A stretch of DNA of 60,574 bases, filler included. It is 7 parts of 7 records of this genome, joined end to end, with 100 filler letters (N's around TTAATTAATTAA, not from the genome) between each part and the next. Parts side by side here need not be neighbours in the genome. Positions count along the whole stretch, not along the records: positions 1 to 11,283 come from SRR31156797_25783; 6 more parts are not named here. One strand, written 5' to 3'. The notes under the pieces are model-generated. The model was not told the DNA's origin. It worked only from the letters and a program-made list of their open reading frames with translations, and did no database searches. Positions 1 to 11,283 of this stretch are shown here, piece after piece; within the stretch, counting starts at the first letter, position 1, and each line of letters opens with the position of its first letter. Made by a program: the position numbers and the translations under genes.

Positions 1-56
1 CTAAGAACGAATAAATTCTCGCTGAACCAGAACCTTCAAGTTACTTGAATATATAT
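1..56 (-). repeat. Partial Vibrio/Shewanella-type intergenic MITE/ERIC-like repeat end, cut by the window edge
   Basis: Minus strand reads TATATTCAAGTAACTTGAAGGTTCTGGTTCAGCGAGAATTTATTCGTTCTTAG, resembling from memory the TATAcccAAGTAACTTGAAG terminus of Vibrionaceae repeats; lies just past a terminator at a contig end. Confidence 0.45.
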
Positions 57-87
57 AAAAACAGCAGCTCTCATGGCTGCTGTTTTT
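57..87. terminator. Rho-independent terminator downstream of yfcL, possibly bidirectional
   Basis: AAAAACAGCAGC-loop-GCTGCTGTTTTT stem flanked by A and T tracts. Confidence 0.8.
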
Positions 88-108
88 CAAACTAAGCAAA
101 ACAAGATG

Positions 109-372
109 TTAAGCCTGATTTGCCAACTCGTTCCACAAATCAGATACGATAATACGATCAGCCGGAGTTAACTCTGCACGTGCGTCATCTAAGCTTTTCT
201 CTATGCGCGCCTTGAATTCAGCTACATCATCAACACCTTCTTCTTCACAAGCGGCCGCAGATAACGAGATATGACCACGTAAATAGCCTCCGGCAAACAG
301 TTCATCATCGGAAGCGGTTGCAATACGCGTATCGATCAGCTCTAAAAGTTTCTCTTCAAATTCAATAATCAT
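109..372 (-). CDS. yfcL: YfcL family protein
   Basis: 87 aa with ASDDELFAGGYLRGH motif; synteny with epmC/aroC. Confidence 0.85.
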   Translation of the reverse strand: MIIEFEEKLLELIDTRIATASDDELFAGGYLRGHISLSAAACEEEGVDDVAEFKARIEKSLDDARAELTPADRIIVSDLWNELANQA

Positions 373-388
373 GTTTTACGTTATCTCG

Positions 389-919
389 TTATTTCAAAAT
401 AAAATGTTCAGCCGTCAACGCTGGTGTTTTATAAAAGTCTCGTAATGCCTCAGAAAGCATTCTAACTCGTTCGGGCAAGCCATGCTGCAAAATTCCCATC
501 ACTTCCCGATGTACTTTCGCCATAAATGCCAGACGGTCAGGCTCAAAATCGCCGCTAAGGTTGTCACAACTGACGGTGAAAGGAAAGCCAGCACTCTGAG
601 ATAAAATCCATTCATAAGCCTGAGGACGAACTTCTACTTTTTCAAATTCTGCTTGTACTTGCTCGGTTCGACCATCAGGGTGATACCAGTAACCAAAATC
701 TTCGAGTAGGCGCCGTTCTGGGCCAGCAACACACCAATGGGCGATTTCATGTAACGCTGATGCGTAAAAACCTCGAGCAAAGATGATTCTATGATGAGCG
801 ATATTTTCATCTGCAGGCAGGTAAATCGGCTCATCACCACCCAACTCTAACTTGGTGTTAAAGGTTTCGAAAAAAGTACGATTAAAAATAGCAATCAAAT
901 CTGAGTATTGATGAGGCAT
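389..919 (-). CDS. epmC: Elongation factor P hydroxylase EpmC (YfcM)
   Basis: FARGFYASALHEIAHWC, DFGYWY and FEKVEVRPQA motifs; start taken at MPHQY (919). Confidence 0.9.
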   Translation of the reverse strand: MPHQYSDLIAIFNRTFFETFNTKLELGGDEPIYLPADENIAHHRIIFARGFYASALHEIAHWCVAGPERRLLEDFGYWYHPDGRTEQVQAEFEKVEVRPQAYEWILSQSAGFPFTVSCDNLSGDFEPDRLAFMAKVHREVMGILQHGLPERVRMLSEALRDFYKTPALTAEHFILK

Positions 920-1114
920 AAATACAACGTGGCAAATGAACAACCGACGTATTTTCGCGGCTTTTCATCCAGAGGTAAAGTGTAGGAAATCACTGATAAG
1001 TTTTATTTATTCAAACAATCCACTTCGAATAGAAAAAAATCATTCGTCACAGGATAAATCTCATACTACACTTCGCGCCTTGTTAAACGCCATCAGTTTC
1101 ATAGGTATTGATCG

Positions 1115-1738
1115 ATGCTCCTTAGCGTTTTGTATATTATCGGAATTACAGCCGAAGCCATGACTGGCGCACTCAGCGCTGGACGAAAAAAAATGGACTG
1201 GTTTGGCGTTATGCTTGTTGCCAGCGCGACCGCAATTGGCGGTGGTACTGTGCGTGACATCTTGCTGGGCCACTATCCACTTGGTTGGGTCAAGAACCCG
1301 GAATTTCTCGTTATCACCTGTGTCGCGGGTATTGTCACAACGGGCATTTATAAGTGGGTCATCAAATTTAAAGGTCTGTTTATTCGCCTTGATGCCTTAG
1401 GTCTGATCGTTTTTAGTATTATCGGCACAAAAATAGCGATGAGTATGGGACTACACGAAGTGATATGTGTGGTCTCAGCACTTGTCACAGGGGTATTCGG
1501 TGGCTTATTGAGAGACCTGATTTGTCGCCAGCAACCACTGGTACTGCATGAAGAGCTGTATGCATCGGTCTCTCTGGTGGCTTCAGGTTTGTATCTGACA
1601 TTACTGAAATTCGGCATCAATGATGTCACAAGCACCATCATTACTCTGGTTGTGGGCTATTTACTGAGAATGGCAGCAGTACGATTTAAATGGCGTCTGC
1701 CATCTTTCAATCTCGAGTCAGAAAGTCCGATTCACTGA
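1115..1738 (+). CDS. UPF0126 / trimeric intracellular cation channel family membrane protein
   Basis: Two repeated hydrophobic units with TAIGGGTVRD and TGVFGGLLRD motifs. Confidence 0.88.
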   Translation: MLLSVLYIIGITAEAMTGALSAGRKKMDWFGVMLVASATAIGGGTVRDILLGHYPLGWVKNPEFLVITCVAGIVTTGIYKWVIKFKGLFIRLDALGLIVFSIIGTKIAMSMGLHEVICVVSALVTGVFGGLLRDLICRQQPLVLHEELYASVSLVASGLYLTLLKFGINDVTSTIITLVVGYLLRMAAVRFKWRLPSFNLESESPIH

Positions 1739-1756
1739 ATTTCCAAACTATCGTAC

Positions 1757-1788
1757 ATAAAAACGCCCTCAATTGAGGGCGTTTTATT
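1757..1788. terminator. Bidirectional terminator between convergent UPF0126 gene and aroC
   Basis: AAAACGCCCTCAATTGAGGGCGTTTT palindrome. Confidence 0.85.
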
Positions 1789-1792
1789 AGCA

Positions 1793-2878
1793 TTAAATAT
1801 GCGGAGTTTCTGTCGTGACTCCGTGGTTTTGACCACGGTGACGCAGTAGATGGTCCATCAGCACAATCGCCAACATTGCTTCAGCAATCGGCACCGCGCG
1901 GATTCCCACACAAGGATCGTGACGACCTTTAGTGATGAGCTGCGTTGGTTCACCAGCACGGGTAATGGTGTCACCCGGTACTGTAATGCTTGATGTTGGT
2001 TTCAGAGCAATATTGGCCACCACATCCTGCCCGGTTGAGATACCGCCAAGAATACCCCCAGCATGGTTACTGGTGAAGCCTTCCGGAGTAAGTGGATCAC
2101 GGTGTTCACTACCGCGTTGATTGACGACATCAAAACCATCACCGATTTCAACACCTTTTACCGCGTTAATGCTCATCAACGCGTGTGCTATGTCAGCATC
2201 TAAGCGGTCAAATACAGGCTCACCTAAACCCACAGGTAGGTTTGTCGCCACCACCTGAATCTTAGCACCAATAGAATCGCCCTCTTTCTTCAAATCACGA
2301 ATCAGTTGGTCAAACGCTTCTACTTTATCGACATCTGGGCAGAAGAAGGCATTGTTATCAATTTCGTTCCAATCGACCTTATCAATCGATACATCACCCA
2401 TTTGTGATAAGTAAGCGCGAATCTCAACACCAAATTCTTGCTGAAGGTATTTCTTCGCAATACCACCAGCAGCCACACGCATCGCCGTTTCACGGGCAGA
2501 TGAACGACCACCACCTCGGTAATCACGAACACCGTATTTTTGATGATAAGTGTAATCCGCGTGTCCAGGACGGAACTTATCTTTGATTTCAGAATAATCT
2601 TTAGAGCGCTGATCGGTATTCTCGATCAACAGACCAATCGAAGTGCCTGTTGTTTTACCTTCGAAAACACCAGAAAGGATCTTAACTTCATCCGGCTCTC
2701 TGCGTTGAGTGGTATAACGCGATGTACCTGGGCGACGTCGGTCTAGATCTAATTGTAAGTCCGCTTCGCTAATTTCTAATCCCGGAGGACATCCGTCGAC
2801 GATACATCCAAGTGCGATACCGTGACTTTCTCCGAATGTGGTTACTCGGAAATGTTGTCCGATACTGTTTCCTGCCAT
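1793..2878 (-). CDS. aroC: Chorismate synthase
   Basis: [19 protein letters not shown] and RHDPCV signatures. Confidence 0.98.
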   Translation of the reverse strand: MAGNSIGQHFRVTTFGESHGIALGCIVDGCPPGLEISEADLQLDLDRRRPGTSRYTTQRREPDEVKILSGVFEGKTTGTSIGLLIENTDQRSKDYSEIKDKFRPGHADYTYHQKYGVRDYRGGGRSSARETAMRVAAGGIAKKYLQQEFGVEIRAYLSQMGDVSIDKVDWNEIDNNAFFCPDVDKVEAFDQLIRDLKKEGDSIGAKIQVVATNLPVGLGEPVFDRLDADIAHALMSINAVKGVEIGDGFDVVNQRGSEHRDPLTPEGFTSNHAGGILGGISTGQDVVANIALKPTSSITVPGDTITRAGEPTQLITKGRHDPCVGIRAVPIAEAMLAIVLMDHLLRHRGQNHGVTTETPHI

Positions 2879-3016
2879 TACTTCCTCAAAATAGTGTGTC
2901 GAAAATAGGAACGGTCGAATTCCAACACACTCATAGCTATTCTTCGTGGATTCATAGTCGCTTTATTACGTTTTGATGTAAAGAGCTGAAAGACACAAAT
3001 TGATAACTCACAAAAC

Positions 3017-3044
3017 AAAAGCGCCAGCACAAAGGCTGGCGCTT
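3017..3044 (-). terminator. Terminator downstream of prmB
   Basis: AAGCGCCAGC/GCTGGCGCTT stem with a T tract on the minus strand. Confidence 0.75.
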
Positions 3045-3060
3045 AAAATAACACTGGGCG

Positions 3061-3993
3061 TTAGTCGATATAGAGTGAAAACTCGTCCGCACAATCTAAT
3101 AACTGCTGGCGAGTTAACAAGAATACGCCATGGCCGCCATTTTCAAACTCTAACCAAGTAAATGGAATGTTCGGGTATTGATCCATCATATGAATCATTG
3201 AATTACCCACTTCACAGACCAAAATACCATTTTCAGACAGGTAACGAGGTGCGTTAGCTAAGATACGGCGGACCAATTTCAGGCCATCGCTACCCGCGGC
3301 TAAACCTAATTCAGGCTCATGCTTAAACTCTTCTGGCAGGCTATCCATGTCTTCCTGATCCACATACGGTGGATTCGTCACGATAATATCGTACTCAGAT
3401 TCCGCTAAATCACGGAATAGGTCAGAACGGATTGGGAACACTTGCTGTTCAATACCGTGGTCCTGAATATTTTGCTCTGCAACTTGCAGCGCATCCGCTG
3501 AAATATCAATCGCATCTACTTCTGCATCAGGGAATGCATACGCACACGCAATCGCAATACAACCACTGCCGGTACAAAGATCCATAATGCGCGTTGGCTC
3601 ATCAACCACCCATGGTGCGAACTGAGCCTGAATCAACTCACCGATTGGAGAACGAGGAACTAATACACGCTCATCAACGAAAAATTCTAAACCACAGAAC
3701 CAAGCTTTGTTGGTCAGGTAAGCCGTTGGCGTTCTTTCTTGAATACGTTTAATTACGCGTTCAACGATACGTAAACGCTCGCTAGAAGTTAAACGAGAAT
3801 TCAATGCGTGAGGAGGCACATCAATCGGCAGGTATAACGTTGGCAGTATTAGCTGAACCGCTTCATCCCACGCATTATCAGTTCCATGACCATAAAATAA
3901 ATTGGCCGCATTAAAACGACTAACAGTCCAACGAATCATGTCCTGTAGGGTGTGAAGTTCCGAAACGGCTTCTTCAACAAAAATCTTATCCAA
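3061..3993 (-). CDS. prmB: Ribosomal protein uL3 N5-glutamine methyltransferase
   Basis: [11 protein letters not shown] motif, NPPY motif, [19 protein letters not shown]; synteny with aroC and smrB. Confidence 0.95.
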   Translation of the reverse strand: MDKIFVEEAVSELHTLQDMIRWTVSRFNAANLFYGHGTDNAWDEAVQLILPTLYLPIDVPPHALNSRLTSSERLRIVERVIKRIQERTPTAYLTNKAWFCGLEFFVDERVLVPRSPIGELIQAQFAPWVVDEPTRIMDLCTGSGCIAIACAYAFPDAEVDAIDISADALQVAEQNIQDHGIEQQVFPIRSDLFRDLAESEYDIIVTNPPYVDQEDMDSLPEEFKHEPELGLAAGSDGLKLVRRILANAPRYLSENGILVCEVGNSMIHMMDQYPNIPFTWLEFENGGHGVFLLTRQQLLDCADEFSLYID

Positions 3994-4056
3994 AATTGCC
4001 TCCGAAAAGCGCTACAATACTGCGAGTATCGATCTATAACAGTTAATTTAATCCTA

Positions 4057-4611
4057 ATGAGCAAAAAAGACACCGATTTCAACGATAATAATGATTTTGA
4101 CGCTGACGATGATTTTGCAATGTTTCGCGATGCAGTAAAGGGCGTTAAAAAGTTCGAGCAGGATACCATAGTCCAGCAGCCAAACAGAAATGCTAAACAA
4201 AAAGAAATCCGCAAAGAAGGCCGCCAGGCCAGCGACAATAACTTCTACTTTTCAGATGAGTTTGTGCCGCTACTCAGCGAAGAGGGTCCTACTCGCTACG
4301 CGCGTGATGACGTATCAAAATACGAAGTGAAAAGATTACGTCGAGGGGTGTATGTACCTGATGTATTTTTAGATATGCATGGTATGACACAACAAGAAGC
4401 GAAACGTGAACTTGGTGCGATGATCGCCTACTGCATAAAAGAAAGCATTCACTGTGCTTGTGTTCAACACGGCATCGGCAAACATATCCTGAAACAGAAA
4501 GTGCCACTATGGTTAGCACAGCACCCAGATGTGATGGCTTTCCATCAAGCTCCACTGGAGTTTGGCGGTAACGGCGCTCTACTCGTACTGCTGTCTGTTC
4601 CGGACAAATAA
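4057..4611 (+). CDS. smrB: Smr-domain endonuclease SmrB (ribosome collision rescue)
   Basis: LDMHG and QHGIGKHILK Smr motifs, N-terminal DDFAMFRDAVKG hook; divergent from prmB; start set at MSKKD. Confidence 0.92.
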   Translation: MSKKDTDFNDNNDFDADDDFAMFRDAVKGVKKFEQDTIVQQPNRNAKQKEIRKEGRQASDNNFYFSDEFVPLLSEEGPTRYARDDVSKYEVKRLRRGVYVPDVFLDMHGMTQQEAKRELGAMIAYCIKESIHCACVQHGIGKHILKQKVPLWLAQHPDVMAFHQAPLEFGGNGALLVLLSVPDK

Positions 4612-4735
4612 CCAACTATTACAAGTGAGTTCCGATAAGCAAACTCTATTTGCCATGGATGGCAAATAGAAGCCCCATGGATGCATTCTTATAAGCAAAA
4701 GCTGCGTGTTTGCGTTCGGAACTGACTTGCTAAAA

Positions 4736-5866
4736 CTAGTAACGCATGTCCGGCGGTATCGGCATGTTCTCTTCGTTAAGAATTGGACGCTGGCCACCCT
4801 TACGTCGGTACTGTTTAAGCTGGAAGATATACGCCAGAACCTGAGCCACAGCCACGAACAGTTCATCTGGAATCTCCTGTTCCAGTTCGGTGGTGTGGTA
4901 AAGCGCACGAGCCAGTGGTGGCGCAGGAATAATCATAATTTCATGCTCTCGTGCCACTTCCCGAATCTTCATTGCCATATGATCAACACCTTTAGCAATC
5001 ACCACCGGTGCTCGGTCACTGTTTTGTTTATAGCGTAGTGCTACCGAGAAGTGTTCCGGGTTGGTAATAATCACGTCTGCCTGAGGTACATCCGCCATCA
5101 TCCGTCGTTGAGCCGCTTCACGTTGTAGCATCCGGATTCGACCTTTAACTTCAGGCTTACCTTCGGTGTCTTTGTGCTCATCTTTCACTTCCTGCTTAGT
5201 CATTTTAAGCTGATTCGCGTGTTGCCAAATCTGGAAAGGAATATCGATAGCCACAACCACCAACAAAGAGCAGCTAATCAACAAGATGAAATCCAACAAA
5301 ATATCGAGTGAGTGAAAGATGTTCTGTGGAAACACATCCATACTCAACTGGAATAAGTCATGTTTAGATTTGTTAATGAGGAAAAAGGCAACACCAGCGA
5401 CTAAAGCTACTTTCAAAATAGACTTAAGCAGCTCCACCCAACTTTGCAAACCAAACATTCGCTTAAAGCCACTAAGCGGATTAATTTTAGAAAGTTTAGG
5501 CATTGCCGCTTCGACAGAGAAACTGATCCCCCCGACCCCAGCTGCACCAACCAATGCTGCGACAAACAAAGTGATCAACACCAGCATCAGTGGAAGTAAT
5601 AGCGTCACTAACGCTGTGGTGGCGATATCAAACAACTTACCTAAATCAAAAATTTCTTCTCGACTTAAAGTAAACAGGCGTCCCATAGCCGCAAACAAAT
5701 TGTTCGCTAATATCTCGCCGAACCACATCAAGGCTACAGCACCAACCACTAATACGGATACAGACGCCAACTCCTTCGACCGGGCAACTTGCCCTTTTTC
5801 GCGGGCCTGTTGTAACCGTCGGGGGGTGGCGTCTTCGGTCCTTTCTTGACCGTCTGACTCTGCCAA
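4736..5866 (-). CDS. flhB: Flagellar export protein FlhB
   Basis: ERTEDATPRR N-terminus, TNPEH autocleavage motif, LARALY. Confidence 0.97.
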   Translation of the reverse strand: MAESDGQERTEDATPRRLQQAREKGQVARSKELASVSVLVVGAVALMWFGEILANNLFAAMGRLFTLSREEIFDLGKLFDIATTALVTLLLPLMLVLITLFVAALVGAAGVGGISFSVEAAMPKLSKINPLSGFKRMFGLQSWVELLKSILKVALVAGVAFFLINKSKHDLFQLSMDVFPQNIFHSLDILLDFILLISCSLLVVVAIDIPFQIWQHANQLKMTKQEVKDEHKDTEGKPEVKGRIRMLQREAAQRRMMADVPQADVIITNPEHFSVALRYKQNSDRAPVVIAKGVDHMAMKIREVAREHEIMIIPAPPLARALYHTTELEQEIPDELFVAVAQVLAYIFQLKQYRRKGGQRPILNEENMPIPPDMRY

Positions 5867-5889
5867 CTCAGCCTCCTGCGGTGCTTAAC

Positions 5890-6672
5890 CTAGCAATCTA
5901 AACGAATTAAACGACAAATTTGCTGCTCTCCTTGCATCCAGAATAGTTCATATTGTGGATACAGGCCGCTGATAATGTACCAGCACAGCATCAAACCAAC
6001 GAGCAAAGCAAATGCAAAGCCTAATGAGAAAATATTTAATTGAGGCGCTGCACGCGTCATCACCCCGAAAGACAAATTAATCGTCAACAGTGCCACAATG
6101 CCAGAAAGTGACATACTTAAGGCTACTTTAAAAATCGTACTTAGCCACAGTGCCATTTCGCGAAAATCGACAGCGCCTAAGCCGCCGCCTCCAATAGGGA
6201 GACTTTTAAAACTGAAGGCCAGTAACTGAATCATTTTTAAATGCCCATCACTGGCGAGAAAAAACATGGTGGCCAAAAACATGAATAGCTGACCAAGCAA
6301 CGGCGTGTTTTGTCCATTAGCGGGGTCGACCATAGAGGCAAAACCTAAGCTCGACTGCATACCCAGAATTTGGCCCAGCATAACGAAGGTTTGGATAATG
6401 AACTGAGTAATCATCCCCATTGCCACCCCAATCACCAACTGCTCAAATGTGATCAGGAAACCCTGAAATGAAAGCAGTTCAATGTTTTCAGGTACAGCTG
6501 GAATCGCGGGCATAATCGCGAATGTAAGAGCCAGACCAAAATATAAGCGAATACGGGTAGAAACAAAGCGAGCGCCAGTGACCGACATCACCATCAACAT
6601 GGCTGAAATTCGGGCATAGGGCCAAAAGTAGTTGGCTATAAAATCAAGAACGACATTGGCAGGATACTCCAT
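5890..6672 (-). CDS. fliR: Flagellar biosynthesis protein FliR
   Basis: Hydrophobic 260 aa with RAAPQLNIF motif; operon order. Confidence 0.95.
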   Translation of the reverse strand: MEYPANVVLDFIANYFWPYARISAMLMVMSVTGARFVSTRIRLYFGLALTFAIMPAIPAVPENIELLSFQGFLITFEQLVIGVAMGMITQFIIQTFVMLGQILGMQSSLGFASMVDPANGQNTPLLGQLFMFLATMFFLASDGHLKMIQLLAFSFKSLPIGGGGLGAVDFREMALWLSTIFKVALSMSLSGIVALLTINLSFGVMTRAAPQLNIFSLGFAFALLVGLMLCWYIISGLYPQYELFWMQGEQQICRLIRLDC

Positions 6673-6680
6673 ACTCGCTC

Positions 6681-6950
6681 CTAATACAGTACCTGTGGTA
6701 GCCGCTCAATCATAGAGAAGAAAAATTCCATCAGCATCTGCATCATCCAGTGAGCGGTAAACATCAAAGCCAATAAGGTCACAATCAAACGCGGCAAAAA
6801 GCTCAACGTCTGTTCGTTGATAGACGTTGCAGCCTGAAATATCGCGACCACGAGACCAATCAACAAGCTTGGAATGATGATGGCACATACCATGATAAGT
6901 ACCATCCATAATGCATCGCGGAAAATTTCGACAAACAGCTCTGGAGTCAT
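6681..6950 (-). CDS. fliQ: Flagellar biosynthesis protein FliQ
   Basis: FQAATSINEQTLSFLPR motif. Confidence 0.96.
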   Translation of the reverse strand: MTPELFVEIFRDALWMVLIMVCAIIIPSLLIGLVVAIFQAATSINEQTLSFLPRLIVTLLALMFTAHWMMQMLMEFFFSMIERLPQVLY

Positions 6951-6962
6951 GTGCCTCTCCCG

Positions 6963-7862
6963 CTACAATGCAAAACTGCCGGCCAGCGTGGATAGAATCA
7001 AGTTCCATCCGTCGACCAGTACAAACAGCATAAGTTTAAATGGCAGAGAAACAATCATTGGTGACAACATCATCATACCCATTGCCATCAAGACCGATGC
7101 CACCACCAAATCGATTACCAAAAACGGCAAAAACAGCATAAAACCAATTTGGAAAGCGGTTTTCAGTTCTGAGGTGATAAAGGCTGGAATCAAGATGGCC
7201 ATCGACACATCTTCAGGGTTGGCCACTTCAGCACCCGCAATGTTAACAAAGGTTTCCAGATCTTTAATGCGTGTTTGTTTGAGCATAAAGTCTTTCATTG
7301 GCACCTGAGCGGTATCGAACGCCTGTCGCGCTGAGATCTGTTCGTTGAGATAAGGCTGAACCGACTCTTCATTGATTCGATTAATCACCGGAGACATGAT
7401 GAAGAAGGTTAAAAAGATGGCGATACCAATAATCACCTGATTCGATGGTGTCTGTTGTAAACCCATCGCCTGACGCAGTATCGACATCACCACCACAATA
7501 CGAGTAAAGGATGTCATCAGAATAACCATGGCAGGCAAAAAGCCCAACATGGTCATTAACGCTAATATTTGTAAATTAACCGAATAGTCTTCACTGCCAT
7601 CAGGATTGGTGGTCATAGTAAACGCAGGAATACCGGCTCCGCCGACAATACTGCTGCTCGCCACGGTTCTGGCAGCCCCCTGATCTTTTTCCATTGCAGT
7701 CACGGTAACACTTTGGCCCGGAGCAGGGTTGGCAGGAAGAGGCGTATCCAATTCTTGTTGAGCGTGAACTAATGGAACAAACAGTAAAGCCCCCACCCAA
7801 ACGATGAAGGCTAAACGCGTTGATAAAGTTCGAAAAACGTCAGACAGGCGTGTTTTTGTCAT
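6963..7862 (-). CDS. fliP: Flagellar biosynthesis protein FliP
   Basis: [17 protein letters not shown] and [14 protein letters not shown] motifs. Confidence 0.97.
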   Translation of the reverse strand: MTKTRLSDVFRTLSTRLAFIVWVGALLFVPLVHAQQELDTPLPANPAPGQSVTVTAMEKDQGAARTVASSSIVGGAGIPAFTMTTNPDGSEDYSVNLQILALMTMLGFLPAMVILMTSFTRIVVVMSILRQAMGLQQTPSNQVIIGIAIFLTFFIMSPVINRINEESVQPYLNEQISARQAFDTAQVPMKDFMLKQTRIKDLETFVNIAGAEVANPEDVSMAILIPAFITSELKTAFQIGFMLFLPFLVIDLVVASVLMAMGMMMLSPMIVSLPFKLMLFVLVDGWNLILSTLAGSFAL

Positions 7863-8229
7863 TCTTTTTTAGTAGCTGAGTCAAAGAGTTCGAGAACGGT
7901 GCCGACTCCAGCTCCTCCTGAGTCAAAGGGGTTTCCAGTTTAGAAAGCATTTGAATAGACTGGGCAGTAACACCAATCAAAAACTGCTCTTCTCCCGCTT
8001 GTACTATCATTAAGCGCTCTTTAGTGCCGACGGGAAGTTGACGAACAACGCTCAATCCTTTTTGCTGACCAAATGCAGGAACGCGCATACGTTTAAGAAG
8101 CCACGCCATCCCGATGATGATGGCTATAACGAACAATAGCGACCCTAATGTAGTCGCTATATCAAACTGGTCGCTTTGTGCTGCCAGCGCGGGGCTGGCA
8201 ACCAAAGATAACATCATGATTCGTTTCAT
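7840..8229 (-). CDS. fliO: Flagellar protein FliO
   Basis: One TM helix then [11 protein letters not shown]...FLIGVT; lies between fliN and fliP. Confidence 0.9.
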   Translation of the reverse strand: MKRIMMLSLVASPALAAQSDQFDIATTLGSLLFVIAIIIGMAWLLKRMRVPAFGQQKGLSVVRQLPVGTKERLMIVQAGEEQFLIGVTAQSIQMLSKLETPLTQEELESAPFSNSLTQLLKKNDKNTPV

Positions 8230-8233
8230 AATG

Positions 8234-8644
8234 TTATCTCAATTTCTTAATACGTTCTGTCTGGCTAATCACGTCAGTTAAGCGAATACCGAACTTATCG
8301 TTGACCACAACAACCTCGCCGTGGGCAATCAAAGTGCCGTTAACCATCACATCCAGCGACTCGCCAGCAATTCGGTCAAGCTCAACAACAGAACCTTGGT
8401 TAAGCTGTAATAGGTTACGGATACTGATCTTAGAACGCCCAACTTCCATCGAGATGGTTACTGGAATATCCATAATGGTATCGAGTTTACGACGTTCATC
8501 ATCACTAATCGGTGGTGAAGTATCTTTTAATTCATCTAGCGGTGCCGCCAATATTTCATCAACATCGACATCCGGTGCACTTGGATCTTCACCTAATGCT
8601 GCTGCCCACTCATCCGCCAGCTTTTGATCATCTGATTTTGACAT
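8234..8644 (-). CDS. fliN: Flagellar motor switch protein FliN
   Basis: DIPVTISMEVG...GEVVVVNDKFGIR SpoA domain. Confidence 0.96.
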   Translation of the reverse strand: MSKSDDQKLADEWAAALGEDPSAPDVDVDEILAAPLDELKDTSPPISDDERRKLDTIMDIPVTISMEVGRSKISIRNLLQLNQGSVVELDRIAGESLDVMVNGTLIAHGEVVVVNDKFGIRLTDVISQTERIKKLR

Positions 8645-8661
8645 CTATGTCACCTACTTGG

Positions 8662-9726
8662 TTAATCTACAATATCGTCGTCATCGTCATCTTCCTCATC
8701 ATCCAGCTCGGCAATAATATCTTTACCAAGGAATGCGAGGTCAGTTTTGACGACATCGGGACGCTTAATTTCTTCAGAGATTTGAATTGCCATGTTTTCA
8801 CCCGAGCGTCCCATTTTGACACGGTAGGTAGGCAATTCTTCGACAAACATGGTTGCGTTTTTCGGCATGTCAATCGGGATAATATCCCCCGCTTGCAGCT
8901 CCATAAGATCACGCAACGCAATATCTTTTTCTAATAAGTTGACACGGAAGTTTACCGGAACATCCATAATTTCTTCACGCAGAGCAGAGCTCCAGCGAAC
9001 ATCGGTTTCCATTTTATCGGATTGAACACCGGCATCCAAAAGCTCACGGATAGGTTCAACCATAGAATACGGCATCACGACGTGAAAATCACCGCCGCCA
9101 CCATCGACTTCAATATGGAACGAGCTCACCACAATCACTTCCGTTGGGCTCACAATGTTAGCCATACTTGGGTTCACCTCTGAATCCAAATATTCAAACT
9201 CAACTCCCATCACTGGTGACCAAGCTTCTTTGTAATCACCAAAGACGATTTTTAACAGTAACTGAGTAACACGTCGCTCTGTCGGCGTAAATTCACGCCC
9301 TTCAATTCTCGCATGATAACGGCCGTCACCACCAAAGAAGTTCTCTACCAGTATAAAAACCAAGCGCGCTTCCATCGTTACCAACGCCGTACCTTTTAGT
9401 GGTCGGAAGCGAACCATGTTCAAACTGGTCGGCACGTACAACGTATTTTGGTATTCACCAAACTTCATCATCTGCACGCCGTTTATCGACACTTCAGCGG
9501 TTTTTCGCAACATGTTGAACAGGCTGATTCGCATATGACGTGCAAAACGCTCATTAATCAGCTCAAGCGTTGGCATCCGACCACGGACAATACGATCTTG
9601 CGATGAGAAGTCGAACGAGACCGCGCTTTCATTACCGGTATCTAAATCCTCTTCAACTTCGTCATCAACACTGTCTACCCCGTGGAGTAGCGCGTCAATT
9701 TCGTCTTGGCTTAATAGATCAGTCAC
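8662..9726 (-). CDS. fliM: Flagellar motor switch protein FliM
   Basis: LSQDEIDALL CheY-binding peptide, FFGGDG motif. Confidence 0.97.
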   Translation of the reverse strand: MTDLLSQDEIDALLHGVDSVDDEVEEDLDTGNESAVSFDFSSQDRIVRGRMPTLELINERFARHMRISLFNMLRKTAEVSINGVQMMKFGEYQNTLYVPTSLNMVRFRPLKGTALVTMEARLVFILVENFFGGDGRYHARIEGREFTPTERRVTQLLLKIVFGDYKEAWSPVMGVEFEYLDSEVNPSMANIVSPTEVIVVSSFHIEVDGGGGDFHVVMPYSMVEPIRELLDAGVQSDKMETDVRWSSALREEIMDVPVNFRVNLLEKDIALRDLMELQAGDIIPIDMPKNATMFVEELPTYRVKMGRSGENMAIQISEEIKRPDVVKTDLAFLGKDIIAELDDEEDDDDDDIVD

Positions 9727-9733
9727 TTTTCAC

Positions 9734-10228
9734 CTACTGCATTACAAAGTCAGTAAACAATACACGTTCAATAACAGGCTGCCCCACCACTTTGGTCAAT
9801 GCAGCTTTAATATCATCGGTTGCTTTATCTCTTAGCTCAATTCGACCATTTGCCGAGCGCAGCTGTTCAACCGTTGCTGAAGCGAAAGTCGCCAGCAGTG
9901 TACTTTCTACCAATGGGGAATGATAACGCGCCAAATTGTCATTTTCTGACCCGCGTACCATTAGCTGTACTTTTATTTGCACAACACGATTTCGAGAATC
10001 GCCACTTACATTAAAAACAAAAGGTTGAGCAATGTTAACGTACGATACCGGTTCTGCTGTAGTCGCAGATTCCATCGATTTCTGTTGGTCTGAGTCTGAT
10101 GAATCACCCGACCCCATAAAGAAAAACGCGGCACCGCCACCACCCAGTAGCAGTACAACCGCAATAATTATGATCAGTAATTTTTTCTTTCCCTTGGGTG
10201 CTTCTTCTGGAAGCTCTTCAACTGCCAT
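9734..10228 (-). CDS. fliL: Flagellar basal body-associated protein FliL
   Basis: KKK-TM N-terminus, FVFNV, C-terminal VLFTDFVMQ. Confidence 0.93.
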   Translation of the reverse strand: MAVEELPEEAPKGKKKLLIIIIAVVLLLGGGGAAFFFMGSGDSSDSDQQKSMESATTAEPVSYVNIAQPFVFNVSGDSRNRVVQIKVQLMVRGSENDNLARYHSPLVESTLLATFASATVEQLRSANGRIELRDKATDDIKAALTKVVGQPVIERVLFTDFVMQ

Positions 10229-10271
10229 ACTGTTCTCTATGTTGTTATTTTTTAATTAAGATTGACTTAGT

Positions 10272-11283
10272 TTAAGCGTAATAACTGATTCCATCACGCT
10301 TTGACGCTACATTCAAATCAAGTTTGACGTTTGAATCAAGGTTTTCGTCACCATTCAGGTGTTCACCGCTCGCAGATTGACCACCTGAGCCATCCCCGCC
10401 AGCAGCGTATCTTTGCTGTTGCCCTGAGTTTTGTTGTTGAACTGAGGTATCGCCTAGCTGCACTCCCTGGTTATTCAACATTTCACGCAATCGAGGCATT
10501 GACTGTTCCAGTGCATCACGCGCTTGCTGGTTAGCCACAGTAAAGTGTACCGTCGCGCCGTCAGAGTTCATGTTCATTCGAACATGCATTCGTCCTAGCT
10601 CTGGCGGATCTAAGCGAATATCTATATTTTTTAGGTTTTTCGACAGCATTACCTGAACACGCTCTGCGACCTCATCAGCAGCCATGTCACTTCTAGCCAG
10701 TTGTAATGGTGTTGAAGGCTGAGCGGTTTGAAGATTCTCTGCTCGTAAGCTTTGAGCACCGGTAACCCCCTGTTGACCTGCAGCAGCCGATAATTGCTGC
10801 GCAAGATGAGAATCCGCTGACTGACCGTTTTGCTTACCATCCGCTAAACCGGCTAACGCTTTCGCGCCTAGGCCAGCCTTCAATGCCGCCTGGCTTACTG
10901 TAGGATCTGCTTGAGTCATCATAGCTGCAGATAACATTGGGTTAGCGTGCAAGTTTGCAGCAGGGTTAAACTGAGCTTGAGCAGCCGCTTCTGTGCTAAC
11001 TGCTGCTGGCATGGCGGATTGTGCCGCCATCGCTTTATCCGCTTGCGTAGCCAGTTGCTGAGCTTGAAGCGCCTGATGAACAGGTTGGGCAACCACGCCT
11101 TGTTGCATCGGTTTAAGCACAGTCTTTCCATCAACTTCTACAACGGTGTTCTCAATCGGGTTATTTGAAGCCCAAGGTATCGCTGCAGCGGCAACTGTCG
11201 GGGCGAGCTGATCGTCCTGCATTTTTTCATCGAGTGGCTGAGCCATCTCTTGCGGTGATTGTTTAGCCTGTGGTGATTGTTTA
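10272..11283 (-). CDS. fliK: Flagellar hook-length control protein FliK (5-prime truncated by contig end)
   Basis: IRLDPPELG...MPRLREML C-terminal domain; Ala/Gln-rich ruler; frame stays open to the gap. Confidence 0.92.

Noticed and set aside
109-11283. Translation genes (epmC, prmB, smrB) adjacent to the flagellar operon
   Set aside because: This is the ordinary Vibrio gene order as far as I recall
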